DNA of 64,000 nucleotides from a virus. The position numbers and the translations under genes are program-made. Below the pieces are notes generated by a model, which was given only the letters and a program-made list of their open reading frames with translations, was not told the DNA's origin and made no database searches. Shown one piece after another: positions 61,549 through 64,000 of this stretch. Each line of letters opens with the position of its first letter. Position 1 is the first letter of the stretch. The stretch lies in IMG/VR virus record IMGVR_UViG_3300045988_175656. One strand, written 5' to 3'.

Positions 61549-61580
61549 CAAAGATATAAAATAAATTCAAATCCTACAAA
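61549..61580 (-). promoter_or_regulatory. early-type promoter (TTTG-N20-TATCTTTG)
   Basis: caaagata at 61549-61556; caaa at 61577-61580, overlapping the 3' end of 61574-62011. Confidence 0.6.
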
Positions 61581-62011
61581 TTTTCTCGCTCTTTTTTCAA
61601 ATCTTCAAGATTTTTTAACATATTTTTATATTCTTCTTTATCAAAGAAATCGGGGCTATATGAAGCAAAAGTATTTTCCAAATCTTTTATTTCTTCATTA
61701 AGTGATTCATCAGTAATACTCAATTTAACACCCTCATAACATTCTTTAAATGCTTCAATAATGACATTTCTAATTTCAACAGTTTTATATTCTTCAAAGT
61801 TTAATTCCTTTAATAAAAAATCAAAAGTAAAAGTACAAATTACTTTGTTCCCCTCATAATCCATAATAGTAATATCAGTGTAATCAACAGTACTACTATA
61901 TTGTAAAATTTTATATTTATAGTAGTAAAAACTATTGTTAAGAGATGAATCACTCTTTGTTATCTTATTAATCAATCTTTTAAGTGCCCGATATTTCTTA
62001 TTCTGTTTCAT
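61574..62011 (-). CDS. hypothetical protein
   Basis: 145-aa ATG ORF; follows cassette 62040-62084. Confidence 0.6.
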   Translation of the reverse strand: MKQNKKYRALKRLINKITKSDSSLNNSFYYYKYKILQYSSTVDYTDITIMDYEGNKVICTFTFDFLLKELNFEEYKTVEIRNVIIEAFKECYEGVKLSITDESLNEEIKDLENTFASYSPDFFDKEEYKNMLKNLEDLKKERENL

Positions 62012-62039
62012 AACTTATATATGTTTTTAATTACTGATA

Positions 62040-62084
62040 CAAAGATATGGATTAATATTCATATACACAAATTATTTGTATTAA
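62040..62084 (-). promoter_or_regulatory. early-type promoter cassette (TTTG-N20-TATCTTTG)
   Basis: caaagata at 62040-62047; caaa at 62068-62071; tgtattaa ending at 62084. Confidence 0.65.
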
Positions 62085-62090
62085 AAAGTA

Positions 62091-62465
62091 TTAATAGAAA
62101 AATTTTTCAAGGTCTTTAACTCTAATCATAAAAATTGTATCTTCATCACTACCAATATAACCAATAAGAGTTTTCATTAAAATTTCTTCATCATCAAAAA
62201 TGTTTCCAATAATAAGACCATTATTTGAAAAGTTCTTAGTAGCATAATTTAACAAAACGTCATTATAAGAAACATCTGTTAAAATATTATAATTATCTAA
62301 ACCTTTTTTAATGGAAACATAAAGCAATCTGTTAAAATTGTTAGACATTACAAAATTACCTCTGAAAATATAATCTAACTTCTTTATGTTAGAACATAAT
62401 TCTTTTAAAGAAATGATTACATAACCATCTAATTTAAAGTGTTCTTTTACTTCATCTATATTCAT
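62091..62465 (-). CDS. hypothetical protein
   Basis: 124-aa ATG ORF. Confidence 0.6.
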   Translation of the reverse strand: MNIDEVKEHFKLDGYVIISLKELCSNIKKLDYIFRGNFVMSNNFNRLLYVSIKKGLDNYNILTDVSYNDVLLNYATKNFSNNGLIIGNIFDDEEILMKTLIGYIGSDEDTIFMIRVKDLEKFFY

Positions 62466-62494
62466 AATTTTAATTCTTTTAATATTATATAATT

Positions 62495-62587
62495 TTAATA
62501 AATTAAAAGAAGTATCTTATAAAATATAGCTAATAGAATAGCCATTACTAAATAAGGTAACGCATCATTTATAATTTTTCTTAACAT
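62495..62587 (-). CDS. possible hydrophobic mini-protein (30 aa)
   Basis: MLRKIINDALPYLVMAILLAIFYKILLLIY has one predicted helix. It is very short and has no RBS. Confidence 0.2.
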   Translation of the reverse strand: MLRKIINDALPYLVMAILLAIFYKILLLIY

Positions 62588-62606
62588 ATTTATTTCTTAA
62601 TTAATA

Positions 62607-62846
62607 TTAAAAATCATCTACAATTTCTGCACTAAGACATCCAATCATTATTTCATCATTGTAAGTGGTGAATTGTTTTACAAATTTAATTACATGAATA
62701 TTATCAAAATAATCATTAATGTATTCCACCTTATCAATATCATTTGTTAATGACATTAACATATTATATGCAAATGATGATAATGTGAAATGACAAAGAC
62801 CACTATCCAATGTGATAATTTCTATACAATATATCTTTTTATCCAT
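62607..62846 (-). CDS. hypothetical protein
   Basis: 79-aa ATG ORF. Confidence 0.55.
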   Translation of the reverse strand: MDKKIYCIEIITLDSGLCHFTLSSFAYNMLMSLTNDIDKVEYINDYFDNIHVIKFVKQFTTYNDEIMIGCLSAEIVDDF

Positions 62847-63174
62847 GTGATTGAAAATTATTTGCTTTAAGTAAAGGGAAAATTACTTGTCTGTAAATTG
62901 CATTGTAAATCTTTATTTGATAATCAAAGCTATAATCATTGATATAACGCATAATACCACTTTCTGTACTAAGAGAAACCTCGCAATCAAAAATGTTATA
63001 TTCTACTTTATATTCACGACCATTTAAAATAATATAACAACCAATCACCTCTATTTCACCACAACAATAGTTACGAAATACTGTGTTACTACCTTTCACT
63101 ATTTTAACACTCTCCCATGAATTACTAATAAACTCTAAAAGAGTACCTATCAAATGATTATAATCTATACGCAT
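62839..63174 (-). CDS. hypothetical protein
   Basis: 111-aa ATG ORF. Confidence 0.6.
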   Translation of the reverse strand: MRIDYNHLIGTLLEFISNSWESVKIVKGSNTVFRNYCCGEIEVIGCYIILNGREYKVEYNIFDCEVSLSTESGIMRYINDYSFDYQIKIYNAIYRQVIFPLLKANNFQSHG

Positions 63175-63212
63175 GATATTATTTAATTTTTATATGTATT
63201 AAAAATATGTAA

Positions 63213-63227
63213 TACTCATTTGAGTAC
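63213..63227. repeat. TACTCATTTGAGTAC palindrome, copy B3
   Basis: Intergenic between 63231-63680 and 62839-63174. Confidence 0.75.
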
Positions 63228-63230
63228 ATA

Positions 63231-63680
63231 TCAAAACTTAATATGCTTCACCTCATATCTCTTTTGAAAATCCTTACATTCAGATATTACATCTTTGAAA
63301 ATATCCATTAATTCAGATAATTCAGTATTGTAATCATACCAAGAATATATATTCAAATCCTCCGTCTTACTTCTTCCCTTAAAACGCATAACACCACTTA
63401 ATTTCATCTTAAATGAATAAGAAATGTTATTGTCCTTATCTATATTCTTTGAAAGAAAAATATGCAGACCACTACAAATACATTGCCAATCCCGATAAAC
63501 AAGGAAAAATGGAACGTAAGACAACATATAGCCTAATGTAGAAGTAACCTTTTCACCCTTATGTGTATTATAACTCTTATAAGGATAAAGATAGATACTA
63601 TCAAAAACCTCTTTGATTAAAGACATTTCTTTATCAGTAAAATCAACTGTGCCAACTGCTATAAAATCACCATTTCTCAT
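63231..63680 (-). CDS. hypothetical protein
   Basis: 149-aa ATG ORF; follows cassette 63733-63777. Confidence 0.65.
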   Translation of the reverse strand: MRNGDFIAVGTVDFTDKEMSLIKEVFDSIYLYPYKSYNTHKGEKVTSTLGYMLSYVPFFLVYRDWQCICSGLHIFLSKNIDKDNNISYSFKMKLSGVMRFKGRSKTEDLNIYSWYDYNTELSELMDIFKDVISECKDFQKRYEVKHIKF

Positions 63681-63732
63681 AACTTGTTATTTTTAATTCA
63701 TTATTATATACTATTAGTTTATTATCACAATG

Positions 63733-63777
63733 CAAAGATAACACATTTCAATATACAAACCAAATAATTTGAGTTAA
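63733..63777 (-). promoter_or_regulatory. early-type promoter cassette (TTTG-N20-TATCTTTG)
   Basis: caaagata at 63733-63740; caaa at 63761-63764; gagttaa ending at 63777. Confidence 0.65.
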
Positions 63778-63789
63778 TTAATATTAATA

Positions 63790-63804
63790 TACTCATTTGA
63801 GTAC
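63790..63804. repeat. TACTCATTTGAGTAC palindrome, copy B4
   Basis: Between the stop at 63819 and promoter cassette 63733-63777. Confidence 0.75.
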
Positions 63805-63818
63805 ACTATCTCAAACAA

Positions 63819-63998
63819 TTATATATCACATATTTGTATCTCTGTCTCAAATAACCTTAAACGTTCAGACGTTAAAAGAAGTAAATCTTTAATATCGTTC
63901 GTTTGAGAAGAATAACTAATCTTAATATTACTATTAATAAACTCAATTACATAATAATAATAAAAATCGTTAATATCTAATCTGTTTACCCTCTTTGA
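63819..63998 (-). CDS. hypothetical protein, 3' fragment (5' end outside window)
   Basis: Frame open from the window edge to stop TAA (complement of 63819-63821): ..NDFYYYYVIEFINSN...ETEIQICDI*. Confidence 0.45.
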   Translation of the reverse strand, partial: SKRVNRLDINDFYYYYVIEFINSNIKISYSSQTNDIKDLLLLTSERLRLFETEIQICDI

Positions 63999-64000
63999 TA

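Noticed and set aside
1165-61701. Other short ORFs from the track on the strand opposite to, or out of frame with, the dense gene arrays. Examples: 1165-, 2766-, 3350-, 4054-, 7697-, 8634-, 13016-, 13962-, 15772+, 17297-, 17519-, 27723+, 29436+, 30622+, 31005-, 32023+, 35033+, 36020+, 37328+, 43336+, 45122+, 49126+, 49903-, 50193+, 50344+, 53131+, 53770+, 54730+, 55727+, 55777-, 57928+, 58208+, 61049+, 61495+
   Set aside because: Each is wholly or largely nested in a longer ORF that fits the operon structure. Their products are I/F/L/Y/N-rich, as expected for non-coding frames of AT-rich DNA. None has a promoter cassette, RBS or family signature.
1-64000. Diversity-generating retroelement acting on the variable MASTF or LRR genes
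   Set aside because: No reverse-transcriptase motif (YxDD context) was seen in any ORF. No template/variable repeat pair with adenine-specific mismatches was seen by eye. A full-genome search would be needed to exclude it.
1-64000. Stop-codon reassignment (as in some gut Bacteroidota phages)
   Set aside because: The standard code already gives long uninterrupted ORFs with tight packing on both strands, including the structural genes. No gene shows in-frame TAG or TGA clusters.

Overview
This window is strongly AT-rich and almost entirely coding. It is organised like part of a large tailed bacteriophage. The host is probably a member of the Bacteroidota. Evidence for that: dozens of TTTG-N20-TAnnTTTG promoters, BACON-like and BspA-type LRR modules, and a lipobox protein. 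No integrase, transposase, rRNA, tRNA or CRISPR array was seen by eye.

Bases 1-31.5 kb are a mixed-strand accessory and structural region. It holds a tail-fibre operon (10029-15190), a 1001-aa internally duplicated LRR adhesin-like protein, and a dispersed RNA-repair toolkit. The toolkit comprises a metallophosphoesterase, a HAD phosphatase, an RlaP-like nucleotidyltransferase, a CCA-adding enzyme, an RNA ligase and an ATP-grasp protein.

Bases 31.5-64 kb are one leftward array of about 90 small early-type ORFs. At least 29 copies of a ~45-bp promoter cassette cut it into mini-operons. A subset of these genes also has strong AAGGAG ribosome-binding sites.

The most unusual feature is a gene family with 11 intact members and 1 decayed member. 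Every product starts M-A-S-[T/Y/E]-F-x-[I/V]-x-Q-x-[G/A] and then diverges completely: Asp-box propeller, BACON-like modules, or small ~100-150 aa domains. Every member is preceded by a -7-like box plus a 27-bp palindrome (TTAGTTTACTAATAATTAGTAAACTAA) that ends 6-15 nt before the ATG. Two variant copies of the palindrome carry compensatory changes that keep the arms paired.

Other findings:
- A second palindrome family, GTACTCA[A/T]TTGAGTAC, in 7 copies.
- A promoter-terminator unit with no ORF.
- A start-less ORF that one extra T in a T5 run would fuse to its upstream neighbour.
- Several genes below the 60-aa cutoff of the ORF track.

All functional calls rest on motifs read by eye; no searches were run.
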